Source of the DNA: Octopus sinensis
Taxonomy: Eukaryota
DNA length: 64,000 bases
Assembly: GCF_006345805.1 (NCBI RefSeq)
Contig: NC_043005.1
Coordinates: forward strand, 9,796,001-9,860,000
Reading direction: 5' to 3'
Below, in pieces: positions 40,335 through 54,070 of the stretch. The notes below the pieces were generated by a model. The model saw only the letters and a program-made list of their open reading frames with translations, was not told where the DNA came from and ran no database searches. A program made the position numbers and the translations under genes. The number at the start of each line of letters is the position of its first letter. Within the stretch, counting starts at the first letter, position 1.

Positions 40335-40713
40335 GGTGAGCTGGCAGAAACAGCACGCCGAGCGAAATGCATAGCGGTATTTCGTCTGCGTTACGTTGTG
40401 AGTTCAAATTCCGCCGAGGTCGACTTTGCCTTTCATCCTTTCGGGGTCGATTAAATAAGTACCAGTTACGCACTGTGGTCGATGTAATCGACTTAATACC
40501 TATGTCTGTCCTTGTTTGTCCCCTCTGTGTTTAGCCCCTTGTGGGTAATAAAGAAATAGGTATTTCGTCTGCCGCTACATTCCGCCGAGGTCGACTTTGC
40601 CTTTCATCCTTTCGGGGTCGATTAAATAAGTACCAGTTACACACTGGGATCGATATAATCGACTTAATCCGTTTGTCTATCCTTGTTTGTCCTCTCTGTG
40701 GGCAATAAAGAAA
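40335..40713 (+). mobile_element. SINE A dimer
   Basis: Same junction and diagnostic variants as 2824-3233. Confidence 0.85.
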
Positions 40714-41834
40714 CAGATATTTGTTCTTATTCTTTATGTCTTGATTTAAATTCTCGCCAGTGTCAACTTTCCATTTCATCTATTCAGGTTCGATAAATCA
40801 AAGCACTTGTAAAGTACTAGAGTAGATGTACTGAAACCTCCTCAGTTACGACCTCACGTGTTCCAGTTGTTCCGCTTAACGGAACTAAAGTGGAAATTAT
40901 AGTGTAAGTAGGTGAGCAGTCCATGGACACGCGTACCCTTAACGTAGTTCTCAGGAAGATTCAAATTCAGCGTGACACCGAATGTAACTATACTGGCCCT
41001 CTGAATTACAAGTCCAACTCATTTTTACCAGGTAAGTGGACTAGAGTAATGCTTTCCTTACGTACACGTAGCTCCGCCAGGATCAAACTTACTACCTTAC
41101 GATCGTAAACCGATTCCCAGTGCATTCTCAAACGGCTCAACAAAATCAAATCAAAGTTTACATGGTAATACTATAAGACCTCAAGAGTTCAAATTCCGCC
41201 GAGGTCGACTTTGGGAATCGAAACCATGATCCTACGACCGCGAGTCCGCTGCCCTAACCACTGGGCCATTGCGCCTCCACTACACATACATATACATACC
41301 TGACGACTGACATGCGTGAAGCGTGGAGTTAGTTGGTGCTGTTCTCAGTTGGAATCAGTGATTATCAGGAATGTCATTTTACTAGAGTCAAGAAGGAAAT
41401 GTTATGAGAGTGACAGAGTTGACAGAGGTAAGAACATGAAAGAAAGAAAGATGAAAACACACCGCCCAAGGAAAAAATTACAGGAAAAGAAACACAAGCC
41501 ACAGGAAGCAGAAACATACCCAATAAGACAAGCAACTACAACAAGCGGGGAGGCGCATCGACCCAGTGGTCATTTTTGGTGGGTTCAAAAGTTACAAACC
41601 TCCCGCCGCCAATTTTCCATGATAGGTTAGGGCGTGGAATCCTCCAAACGGACGTATTATATATCGATTATTCGAATTAGACTATGATTTAATCAAATGT
41701 TTTGTTATCGCTGCTCTTTCCTCTATCACCTGTTTCAAAATTAACTGTAATATATATAAACAAGATATGCTATTGTTATCCCGAGCAACGCCGGGTATCT
41801 CTGCTACTATGACATATATTTATTAATCTATACA

Positions 41835-42442
41835 TGGAGGCGCAATGGCCCAGTGGTTAGGGCAGCGGACTCGCGGTCATAGGATCGCGGTTTCGATTCC
41901 GAGACCGGGCGTTGTGAGTGTTTATTGAGCGAAAACACCTAAAGCTCCACGAGGCTCCGGCAGGGGTTGGTGGTGATCCCTGCTGTACTCTTTCACCACA
42001 GCTTTCTCTCACTCTTACTTCCTGTTTCTGTTGTACCTGTCTTTCAAAGGGCCGGCCTTGTCACTATTTGTGTCACGCTGAATATCCCCGAGAACTACGT
42101 TAAGGGTACACGTGTCTGTGGAGTGCTCAGCCACTTACACGTTAATTTATTGAGCGAAAACACCTAAAGCTCCACGAGGCTCCGGCAGGGGATGGTGGTG
42201 ATCCCTGCTGTACTCTTCCATCACAACTTTCTCTCACTCTTACTTCCTGTTTCTGTTGTACCTGTATTTCAAAGGGCCGGCCTTGTCACTCTCTGTGTCA
42301 CGCTGAATATCCCCGAGAACTACGTTAAGGGTACACGTGTCTGTGGAGTGCTCAGCCACTTACACGTTAATTTCACGAGCAGGCTGTTCCGTTGATTCGG
42401 ATCAACCGGAACCCTCGTCGTCGTAACCGACGGAGTGCTTCC
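41835..42442 (+). mobile_element. SINE C with internal tandem duplication
   Basis: Second unit restarts at TTTATTGAGCG (~42146); whole element flanked by AATCTATACATG (41825-41836 and 42443-42454). Confidence 0.9.
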
Positions 42443-42695
42443 AATCTATACATGTGATAGAAAAGTCTTATCTTAGATGCTAACATTCGGTAGAGATAAG
42501 GACTCAATAATTGATAATGTTAAGTTGAGCAGTTTTCTCTTGATTCAAATGTCACCAGTAACAATCTCCTCATTCATCTTTCTGCTCTCAATAAAGTACC
42601 CGGCTCCTACTGATCTCGCTTTATTTGACGTCCACGAAATGGGGACATTCTTATTAAGTACGGAATGCGATGATTTGCTGTGGGAAAAAAATCAC

Positions 42696-43122
42696 TGGAT
42701 CTTTTCGGTTTGAACGGCAGTTTTTAACATAATTTCTAGGTAACTAAAAAATTTTAAACTTCGTATACTGGTAGAATGCGTTCATAAAACATCTTTTTCT
42801 CTTGGCTTTATTGAGAAAATTCTATAGTTTGTAAGATATTTGTTGGTTTTTTTTCTTCAATTTCTGCAATTTCAACCAATCACTGACGTCTATTGAGGTA
42901 AAAAAAACATTCTTTGCCGTATGACTATGTCCCTCGTTTAAGAAACCGATTGGGCTTATTTACATTTGTGAAGAAAAAAGATACCCTTCCCCCTAAACCT
43001 CACCTTAACCCTAACCCTAAAACATATTGAAATGCAATAGATCGATACTGGGGTCATAATTATGGGTGACAATTTTATATGACACCGTTAGAAAAAACTG
43101 CCGTTCAAACCGAAAAGATCCA
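42696..43122. mobile_element. MITE, 427 bp, 30-bp perfect TIR, 5-bp TSD
   Basis: TIR TGGATCTTTTCGGTTTGAACGGCAGTTTTT; ATCAC at 42691-42695 and 43123-43127. Confidence 0.9.
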
Positions 43123-43657
43123 ATCACCTGGCTTGCATAGTCTGTCCTACGATTTTTATGCTCACATGCCAGACTTATCTGCAACCTCTTGGCAGCTGCT
43201 ATTATTGGTGATTGAATAACAGACATAGGAGAGCGCTGGTGTGGAAATAATAGAGCACTTAGTCCTCTGAACTTTACTAGTGGAAAAGTCGATTATGAAA
43301 TGTGTTGTAGGTAATTGAATTGATGCCAAAATCAAGCAGCAGTGATAAGCAGCCTGAAAATATGAATATTTTCTTTTTTAATTTAGCAGAAACGATCGAG
43401 CACCATATTTCATGGTATTTAATTTTGTCTTCTCTCCAGTCTCTGAGTCCAAATTCCACGGGGGTTACATATGTCTTTCAACTGTGCATGGCTGATAAAT
43501 AGAAGCACCTGTTGATAATATGTCTCTCCCTGACACATACGTGGCCTTTTGCCAATACATGCAACCGTGATTTTTGTTATTATTGTCGCTGTTGGTTTCT
43601 CTAAGCAGCAGCAGCAGCAACAGCAGTAGTAGTAGTAGTAGTAGTAGTAGTAGTCGT

Positions 43658-43695
<38 letters not shown>

Positions 43696-43729
43696 TAGTA
43701 GTTGTTGTTGTTGTTTGTTTGTTTGTTGA

Positions 43730-44085
43730 GCAAAGCGGTCTTCGTCCCATTAGTGGGAGAAGTCCGAAACGTGGTCCTTTGCTATTCGTAAGACCCGCAG
43801 AAGAGAAAGCAGGCCAACCCCCGACACCGAGAGCATCGACGGATGGATGAATGCGCATCCAGGCTCAGCGGCTGCGTAGGAAGACGGGGACAAGAAACAG
43901 GAAGTAAGAGTGAGAGAAAGTTGGGGCGAAAAAGTACAACAGGGGTCGTCACCACCCGCTGCCGGAGCCTCGTGGTACTTTAGGTGTTTTCGCTCAATAA
44001 ACACACACAACGCCCGGTCTGGGAATCGAAACCGCGATCCTCCGACCATGAGTCCGCTGCCCTACCCACTAGGCCATTGTACCTC
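43730..44085 (-). mobile_element. SINE C with a further tail type
   Basis: Family C head and core on minus (44085-43890), then unrelated tail CCCCGTCTTCCTACGCAGCC... Confidence 0.75.
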
Positions 44086-44429
44086 CACTGTTGTTGTTGT
44101 AACAGTAGCATGTTCTCCACTGTCCAACGAGCCCCAATGAGGAAATATATAAGCGGAGGCACGACGGGCTGAAAATTGCGAAAAACTCTGCTTCAAATCA
44201 TACTTAAATCTTAAATGCATTTTTTCTCTACACTAGTTACATCGAATGACTACTTTCTTCTAAGCGGGAGAAGGACTCACTCGACTTGCATGAAATACGG
44301 AACTATTCTGAAAGGTTCCATTGCAGGATTCAATGTAAAGGTACAATACATCAGAGAAAGAAAAGGAAAACAAACAGATAACATAGTTACGGCTGAAATA
44401 CTTTAGGTCTTTCTTTACTAGATTGATCG

Positions 44430-44811
44430 TGGAAGCGCAATGGCCCAGTGGTTAGGGCAGCAGACTCGCGGTCGTAGGATCGCGGTTTCGATTCCCAGAC
44501 CGGGCGTTGTGAGTGTTTATTGAGCGAAAACACTTAAAAGCTCCACGAGGCTCCGGCAGGGGTGGTGGTGATCCCTGCTGTACTCTTTCACCACAACTTT
44601 CTCTCACTCTTTCTTCCTGTTTCTGTTGTACCTATATTTCAAAGGGCCGGCCTTGTCACTCTCTCTGTCACGCTGAATATCCCCGAGAACTACGTTAAGG
44701 GTACACGTGTCTGTGGAGCGCTCAGTCACTTACACGTTAATTTCACGAGCAGGCTGTTCCGTTGATCGGATCAACCGGAACCCTCGTCGTCGTAAGCGAC
44801 GGAGTGCTTCC
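44430..44811 (+). mobile_element. SINE C, full length
   Basis: Near-identical to 47935 and 55310 copies; imperfect TSD actag.ttgatc. Confidence 0.9.
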
Positions 44812-45247
44812 ACTAGTTTGATCTGTGGTTAAATAATAACTATTTCAGGGTGTTACTTCTCCCTACAAATGAATAAACTTGCAACAGTTTCTCCAGCATG
44901 TGAAAAAGTATTAGTTTTAGGAGGAATTCACCAGGTTCTTTTGGGTCACGTTCTCTCCTATCATTGTACCAAAGGTGTTAGGGCTGATTATATCATAAAA
45001 CCGAAATACGTTCCGGTTCTGCTAGTGTTACTGCTACCTGGATACACCAATCTTTCATAAGCCTTAAAATTCATATCATTTAAAGGAAACAATGCATGTA
45101 TTTAAGTACTACTAATAGTTTTATATGTTGAGAAATATCTCAAACTTACCTTCTGGTACAAACCACATATAACGAACTAAGAAAAATTTAATAAAGGACG
45201 ACACGAGAAAAAACTGAAAAGGTAGCATATATATATATATATATATA

Positions 45248-45436
45248 TATATGTTATTCATATATAGGTACATTAAAAGGCCTCTAAAAGAAGAAGCAAG
45301 TACTAGATACACAAAAAGGGGATAAATTCATGAAATGAAAATCAAAAACGTTTTTGATTTTCATTTCATGAATGTCTCTAGTACTTGCTTCTTCTTTTAG
45401 AGGCCTTTTAATGTACCTATATATGAATAACATATA
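45248..45436. repeat. near-perfect 189-bp palindrome
   Basis: Perfect ~60-bp outer arms and a perfect 48-bp inner palindrome centred on AAAAAC|GTTTTT (45349/45350). Confidence 0.95.
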
Positions 45437-45520
45437 GTCTAATGACTAATTTGTCTTTTGTGTTAGATCACTGGTAATAATAATTTATTTTATTACCCTA
45501 TTTACTATATTTACATATAT

Positions 45521-45571
<51 letters not shown>

Positions 45572-46229
45572 GTGAGTGAACAATGGAAAATTTACATATA
45601 TTTTAAAACTGTTTGATTCGGCCCCATGTATCTTAAAATTTCGTAGGCAGGTCACAGGTACCTAACTCGCCGGACTTGGACGGCCACCTTTAGGTTGTAT
45701 GAGACAAAATCAAACTGTTTTACAAGATAAAGATAATGTAGAGCCAACCAGTGAGTTTCGTGGCTTATGATCTTAATTGATTGAAAGTGTTATCCTCTAC
45801 ATGTTTTGTCTTAGAATGAAAGATGGGCTACAACCAATATTCTGCTGAATGCTTCAGATTTACTTGTCATTAGCTTGACTCTAATCGTTTGATCATGTGC
45901 CTTAGTGGCTGACAACATCTGCATCTCTGATCACAAGCAGGAGAAGGAAATTCTAACTGGACCTAACTGGATCTAACGTGCAAGGTCATGCGCTGTTTAT
46001 TTTGACATGAGTTCACCATGTCACGCACATAAGGTTGTGATGCATGTGTCTGGTGCAACCTTATCCAGACGAGTAGTCATGATGGGTATATTTGGCTTCG
46101 TATATTAGTAAACCAGCGTCACTTTGATGGCACTCGTGGCTCTCTCAATAATGATAATGATGATATATAATATTGACATGGTATGACAGAGCAACTCAGC
46201 ACATACATTTGTCAATATATCACACTACC

Positions 46230-46625
46230 TCACTCACAAAAGCAATTGATTGGAAAACACTTGTTATCCAGAATGCCAAGGTTACAATCCATTTGAATTT
46301 CACAGTTCAGACTGATCTGGACAACCGACCTGATTTCATAGAGTAAAATCATATTGAAAATATTTATCATCTGATTGACATTGCAGCCCCAGATGAAAAA
46401 GTCACATGTGTGGAAACGTTTGAAAAACTGGGTAAATATAACGACCTGGAAATTGAAATCGGAAGAACGTGGCATCTCAAAATAACATTACCAATTATTA
46501 TCGGGGCTTTTGGAGGAGCAAATAAGTATGTAGACCAAGTCCCTGGCAGCCACAAAGTAAGCAAATTACAAGAGATCATATTTATGGATACTTCACATAT
46601 TCTACATAAATTCCTTACCATGTAG
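46230..46625 (+). mobile_element. R4/Dong-type LINE 3' end
   Basis: LIDIAAPD..EKLGKYNDLEIEIGRTWHLK..IIGAFG..MDTSHILHKFLTM*. Confidence 0.85.
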
Positions 46626-46837
46626 ATGCAGTCTTACTCATTCTGTATTTTTTCTTCCACAGACATTAATGTTTTCAGTTGCACGGCACGTTGCTTGTTA
46701 GAATTTTCAGATGCAAAACCTTGTGTTCCGTTGCCGCCCCAGGTTGAGACTTTGATGCAACACGTATAAATTAAAACAAAACCAAAACAATAACATAACT
46801 TCTCTTATTAGACCCCGGCACATAGATGAAAGAGACA

Positions 46838-46952
<115 letters not shown>

Positions 46953-47934
46953 ACGCACACATACTCACAATCTCTCTCAGGCAGAATGATTAGTGACATT
47001 TCATCTGACTCTACGCTCTGAGTTCAAATTCCGCTGAGATCGGCTTTGCCTGTCGTCCTCTCGAGGTCAATGAAGTATTGACTGAGCACTGGAGTTGATG
47101 TACTCGACGAATCCCCTCCCCTAAATAATTCCAGGCCTTGGCCATATAGTAAGAAGGTTTATTCTTGTAAGCTTAATTTTGATTTGCATCCGTAAAATGC
47201 TGTTTCGATTCAGGTTTGCGTGGGTTAGTGGTTAGCGTATTACGTTCAAGAAAATATAGTTTTGTGTTCGAAATCCTTCCAGGAGGTCGACGTGCTGTGC
47301 CTTTAAGTAAGACCCTTCCTTTTTCACTCTACAATCTATTGGGTCTATGGTTAGGAGGGTGAAGTAGGTGTATCCACTACACAAACATCTAAACAAATAA
47401 CAAAACCACTGTACATTTGCTTCAGCAGATTTCGAGCAGATTTCGAACGGACACTAATCAGATGTCCTTTATCCTGAAGACATTGTAAAATTCTTAGTCA
47501 CTTCTGCCTAATAAATTTAGTTAATTTGTGGAAGCCATTTAACAATCTTAGTATATTATTCTAGGCAATAGGGTGAAGTTTTGTGAGACTCTGTCGACGA
47601 TGAAGATTCGGCTTTTCAGTTACCTGCGTCACAATTAATGTGTAAGTGGTTGAGTATTCCATAGCTACGTCTACTCTTAATGTAATTCTCAGAAAGATTC
47701 TGCGTGACATGATGTATGACAAAGCATACATATGTGAATTATTGCTGTAAATGAACCAAAGGATTTTTATTACAATTTGTGGATACCCAGTTTCACTTAC
47801 AAAGAATTAGTCTGCTCGAGGCTAAAGAAAATGACATTTCAACAAGATTACTCACGGTTGAATCGAACCTGTTACCTCGTGTTTGCCTAATGAACATCTT
47901 TACCATTTGTTCATATTCCGTCTACAGAGTAATT

Positions 47935-48315
47935 TGGAGGCGCAATGGCCCAGTGGTTAGGGCAGCGGACTCGCGGTCGTAGGATCACGGTTTCGATTCC
48001 CAGACCAGGCGTTGTGAGTGTTTATTGAGCGAAAACACCTAAAGCTCTACGAGGCTCCGGCAGGGATGGTGGTGATCCCTGCTGTACTCTTTTACCACAA
48101 CTTTCTCTCACTCTTACTTCCTGTTTCTGTTGTACCTGTCTTTCAAAGGGCCGGCCTTGTCACTCTCTGTGTCACGCTGAATATCCCCGAGAACTACGTT
48201 AAGGGTACAAGTGTCTGTGGAGTGCTCAGCCACTTACACGTTAATTTCACGAGCAGGCTGTTCCGTTGATCGGATCAACCGGAACCCTCATCGTCGTAAC
48301 CGACGGAGTGCTTCC
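47935..48315 (+). mobile_element. SINE C, full length
   Basis: TSD ACAGAGTAATTTG on both sides. Confidence 0.9.
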
Positions 48316-48992
48316 TTCCACAGAGTAATTTGCAAAAAAAAAAAAAAAATCAAAGGAATTCTAGAAAGCAACTAGAATAAATTTCATTGTTTTTGTTTAC
48401 TCCGAATGAGAACTATGATTAAAGGATTTCCATCTGCGGCAGTATCGTTCAAGGGTACGTAAATGTTCCTTGGTTCTGTTTGATGTTGTAGTATGTATGA
48501 TTTTGGGGGAAAATTTTCTCCTGTTTCTAGCAAGTTAGCTAACCGCATAGAGTAACTACATTTGATAGGGGGAGCAACTTTTGATCCAAATAGTAAACAG
48601 CAAATTCACTTCTTATCCATGCGGAAAGAACAGCGATTTCTGTCTTCTCTTTCTTGTCGTTGCGGTAGCGTGAAACATAACAGCAAATTGTGTAATCATG
48701 GAAGTGAAAAGCGAACTACAAAATATTACAGTGATAACACAAATAATATTGATGAACGATAACAGAAAATAACAGGCAAAATGACGCCATGCTAGACACT
48801 AACTTCTTATGATGGAATATCGAGATGCTACAGAATATAAATGAAGCAAGCGTTAGACTATAAAACTGCGGTTATGCAATATTTGGCAATAAACAACAGC
48901 ATTGATACGGTTATGGATGCTCGAGAAGTGACATTGTACAAAGCTGCATTAAGGTTGGATGGTCCCTAAACAACAATATAACACTGTATAAG

Positions 48993-49029
<37 letters not shown>

Positions 49030-49033
49030 GTCT

Positions 49034-49077
<44 letters not shown>

Positions 49078-49099
49078 TTACTTACATACATATCAACGC

Positions 49100-49143
<44 letters not shown>

Positions 49144-51000
49144 TGATGCACTTGTGTGTGTGTTATCAGTGTGTGTGCGTTTGTCAGAGTGTGTGAGAGA
49201 GAGAGAGAGGGGGCAAGGGTATATGAAGGGTGGGAAGTGTAATTATCGATTTACCTTCGCGTATATATCTCAGTAGAGGTATAGAAATATATTAAACGTA
49301 CACATGCGTGCATATGCACACACACACACACACACACGCCTCCCTGTATGTATGTGTATGTGAGTGATTGATTATCTAAGCATATGCACATGTATACATC
49401 TATAGACAATGCCGCACAGTTTAATGGTTTTAATAAATATTTGTAAACATATTTAACGTCACAATTTTATTATTTTCTACACCAAATGTCTTTGTTTACA
49501 CAAGGGTTTAAAACTACTGTCTCATAAATTTATAGATTCAGTTATGCATATGAAGAGAGGTGCTGTTCGGTTAACGAGGCACACTCCATGGTCATGTTTG
49601 ACTGTAGAGAATGTAGAGAAAACTCCATAACACGCCCTAAAACGTTACCAAAGATCATGGTACTTTAGCGTTAAAACTAAGTCGTGTCAGGGAGGATATA
49701 CTAAAGCTATTGTTTCATGTTATTAAGACAAACCTTTTAAATTGGGATTTAACAAGCAACATATGTTAACATAGCGAGAAATAAGTGCCTGGCTAAATAG
49801 CTCTCTTTGCAATCATGTAGTTCTGGGTTCAGACCCACTACCGGACCACTTCGGCAAATTTCATGTACTATAGCATCAGGTTGAACAATGTCTTGTGAGT
49901 GAATTTGGTAGACGGAAACTGTGTGGAAACCTTTCGTTTAGATATATTTTTAAAATTCTTTTACTTGTTTCAGCTATTTTGACTGTGGCCATGCTGATGC
50001 ACAGCCTTTTAGTCGAAGAAATCTACCCCAGGACTTCTTTGTAAGGCTGGTACTTATTCTATCGGTGTCTTTTGCCGAACCGCTAAGTCACGGTGACGTA
50101 AACACACCAATATCGGTTGTCAAGTGTAGGTGGATGGACAAACAGAAACACACACACGCACACACACACACATATATATATATATATACGACGGGTTTCT
50201 TTCACTTTCCGTCTATCAAATCCACTCATTCTGACTTTACAAAATAATTTGAAGTATACACATCAGACAATCTTTTATGAAAACTATACTACTAATTATG
50301 TATATAACGCAACATAATGCACATACACCTATTTGTGTGTGTGTGGGGGGGGGTTGTGTGTATGTGCGTGTGAGAGAGAGATACGAGTGATGTTTATGGA
50401 ATATGTTTTAAATGCACGTCATTTAACCGTCGAATTTGAAGTGTATAGTTTCTACTACAGTCTGAAACAGATGCTTTTAATGAGATATGTAGAAAGAGAT
50501 TGTGTAATATTAATCCCATGTAAACATTGTGTATTTGTCACTGAAAAACGTGTAAACATGTTATAAATAAATAATTTCACATTATATTCTCTTGATTTGT
50601 ACTCCATGTCTAACGTGTGTGTGCGTGTGGTCTCTATGTGGGTGTGTGTTCTGGCGTTTGCGCGTGTATGTATGGTAGTTTGTCCATATGGCGATAACCA
50701 AGAGACAGCCATTAAATAAATAAAGAAATATACAAGAAATGCTCATTCTTAAGTGAGCGATAAAGGCAATGATCTCAACCATACTGCACCTCAACAGGAG
50801 ACGCAGCCATTCCGAGAACCTCAATTATAATTGCTCCCACCACTACTAAAGCTTCGTTTGTGGAATGCATGTGATACCTGCTGCAAAGGAAGACCCGCCG
50901 CTTCTTACTCGAACTTTTTAAACATCAATAATGAATGAAGGTTATTACTTTGCAACAGTTCAACATAGGGAAGCAGAAGACAGCGACTGATTCGTCATAC

Positions 51001-51179
51001 ACTTCATATTCTTTGCGCCTGAAACTCTGGAAGTGAGGTATTTCGTTGAGGCAACTGTGTAGAATAGAATACTTCGATCACAGTAAAAGGATTCTTGATT
51101 ATTAGTTGAGGGTTTGCCAATCGTATTAGTTGCAAAGTTTCTTCCCAGTAGACTCGTTGCTTCCTTCTCATACATTATA
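51001..51179 (-). CDS. probable coding exon B of an unrecognised gene (phase 2 to 1)
   Basis: ttcttgattttatcttcccactcag|T ATA ATG TAT...AAG T|gtatga; 179 nt open; phase matches exon A. Confidence 0.5.
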
Positions 51180-53099
51180 CTGAGTGGGAAGATAAAATCA
51201 AGAAAATTGAGCTTGTATGAAAATGCAGGAGATTGCTAAAGTCACGAAAGGAATCTCTTGACCTTGGTGAGTGATGTATTGTGGTGTGTATCCAGGCCAT
51301 GAAACACCTTTCCATCGTAGCTGGTTTGCCTTCTGTGACGGTATGTTACCATCTACACCAGTTGCATCTATTGACTACTGCCGACAACCTATCACCCTAA
51401 ATCTACTCAATCAACAATAACAACAATATATTATAGTGCAATAAGGCGATGGCGATGGGCAAGCAAAATTGTTATCACTCCGGACAAAATGCTTAGTTGC
51501 ACTTCGTCTGTCTTTACGTTCTGGGTTCAAATTCTTCTGAGGTCGACTTTGCTTTCCATCTGCTTCGGGTTGGATAAAATAAGTACCAGCTGGACACTAG
51601 GATCGATGCAATCAACTTGTGGTGGTGCCATGAAGTAAACATGCTTCAGATACGCTCGTTTATTCATACAAACGTAACTGAGATGAAAGATGTCATAAAT
51701 AACAGTGACAAACGAAATATACACCGCCGGAAGTTGTTGTTGACAACCAACAGCAGTAATCTTATTCAGCTGAATACATGTCATTGATTGGTTGAAATTA
51801 CCGAAATACGACAACTTTAACACGAAATGACTTTGAAAATATAAACTCCGAACAAAATGCTTAGTTGCATTTCGTCTGTCTTTACGTTCTGGGTTCAAAT
51901 TTCGCCTAGGTCGACTTTGCTCTCCATCTGTTTCGGGTTGGATAAAATAAGTACTAGCTGGACACTAGGATCGATGCAATCAACTTACTCACTCGTCCGA
52001 AATTGTTGTTTTTTTGGCCAAAATTTAAAAACAGTATATTATAGCGCTACATAAATGCAGTTATCTAACATCCAGTCGTTTTATAGTGTCTCCTATTTTC
52101 GTTGGCCATTTCATTTTAATATATCATTCAATGATACTTTAAGAATACTCTTACACTTAAATGTCGATGAGATGTTTGTTTACTCATTTAGTTTCCATCA
52201 TTGTGGGGTTTTTGTTGATTTATAACATTTTTGATGAACGGTTGTTTGATATTATAGGTATATAAATATTTCAACGGTGAATATATTGGCTTGAAAAATA
52301 TATATTACGGTTAATAATTTTTTTTCTGTTCTTTATATTCATTTTGTATGTGTGGGAAGACTGCATAAAGTTCAGTGGGGTATTTCAGCTAGAGAGTAAA
52401 GTATCAGTAAAAATACATGTGCTGCTATAATTCTGTATCTTTCAGAAAATGCTGAAACATTGCGTGAGAGAAACACCAGTATTCGACCACAAGGGAGAAA
52501 ATATCAGATAGAAATTTAACGGAGAGAAGTAAATTTCTGATATATATATATATGCGATACTGTGAAAAGAATCATATTGTAATCAGGTGTACACTTCTCA
52601 AGTAACACACGACATTCTCTGAGAAGTCTGATCTAAATTAAAGGAACGACCTCTCACTAAAATTGACGTACAATTATCATTCGATTAAATATTTCGGTCG
52701 CAATACCCGCTCACAAAGTAAAAAGCTTTCTCCCCGATAACTGATTCGTTTGTATAATTTCGGTACCAATCTCTAGTGGTTAGAACCGAAGTATCTGACG
52801 TATTTATGTCTCATTATTGTAAGAATCCTGTAAACATGTCTTCTGTATTACGAAAGATAATAACATTAAGATGTCTAGTGCAATGACAGGCAATAATCAG
52901 TTTCCTACAAAAATTTATCTGGATAATTCATTTATTAAATATTTCTTGTTTCAGTTATTGTCTCGTAAAAAGAAAAAAAACAGAAGAAAGATATTGACAG
53001 TTAAGATAGATGACATAGAGTAGACGGTATTACACATCTACTGTTTGCGGAAAAACTATATTTAGATAGACAATGCACAAACCTACACATATGCATACG

Positions 53100-53221
53100 T
53101 ACATACTTACATACGTGTGTATGTGTGTATGTATATATATATATGTATATATATGTATATATATATGTATATCTATATATATATATATATATATATTATA
53201 TATTATATATATATATGTATG

Positions 53222-53295
<74 letters not shown>

Positions 53296-53930
53296 TGTTT
53301 ATATATATACTATGTATATATATATATGTATGTATATATTATGTATATATATATATATGTATGTATATATACATATATGTATATATATATGTATGCATGT
53401 ATATATATATGTATATATATATATATATATATATTATATTATATATATATGTGTGGTATGCATGTATATATATATGTATGCATGTATATATATATATATG
53501 TATGCATGTATATATGTATGCATGTATATATATATATATGTATATATGGATATACATATATATGTATATATGTATATATGTATATATATATACATGTATA
53601 TGTATATATATGTATATGTATATATGTATATGTATATATATGTATATGTATATGTATATATATGTATATGTATATATATATATGTATATATATATGTATA
53701 TATATATAATATATATGTATATATATATATGTATATATATATGTACTATATATATATATGTATGTATATATATTTTTATGTATATATATGTGTATGTAAA
53801 TATTATATATATATATACGTATGTATATATATATGTGTATGTATATATATATGTATATGTATATATATATATATGTATGTTTATATATGTATGTATATAA
53901 ATTTATATATATGCATATATATATATTTGT
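53100..53930. repeat. ~830-bp degenerate (TA)n/(TATG)n array
   Basis: Direct reading. Confidence 0.95.
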
Positions 53931-54070
53931 GTGGCTGGGTATTGTTGGTTAAACATTTAATTCTGAAACTTTTTTATGTGCGTAGAGAAAGCCGCTTTAT
54001 TAGCTACTCATCCTGCATTGAATTCTGCACTGTTCTCGTGTGTTAAATCAATTTCAAACTCTTTGACTAC

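Noticed and set aside
41967-42395. Recurrent ORF MVVIPAVLFHHNFLSLLLPVS...
   Set aside because: Translation of the SINE C body; it recurs only because the SINE does.
43002-43020. Interstitial telomere
   Set aside because: Only about three units, and they lie inside a MITE.
53073-54046. Long ORFs of 194-309 aa (Y/I/M/C/V-rich)
   Set aside because: Translations of a (TA)/(TATG) array; the same applies to 10824-11677, 17897-18331, 25379-25831 and similar ORFs.
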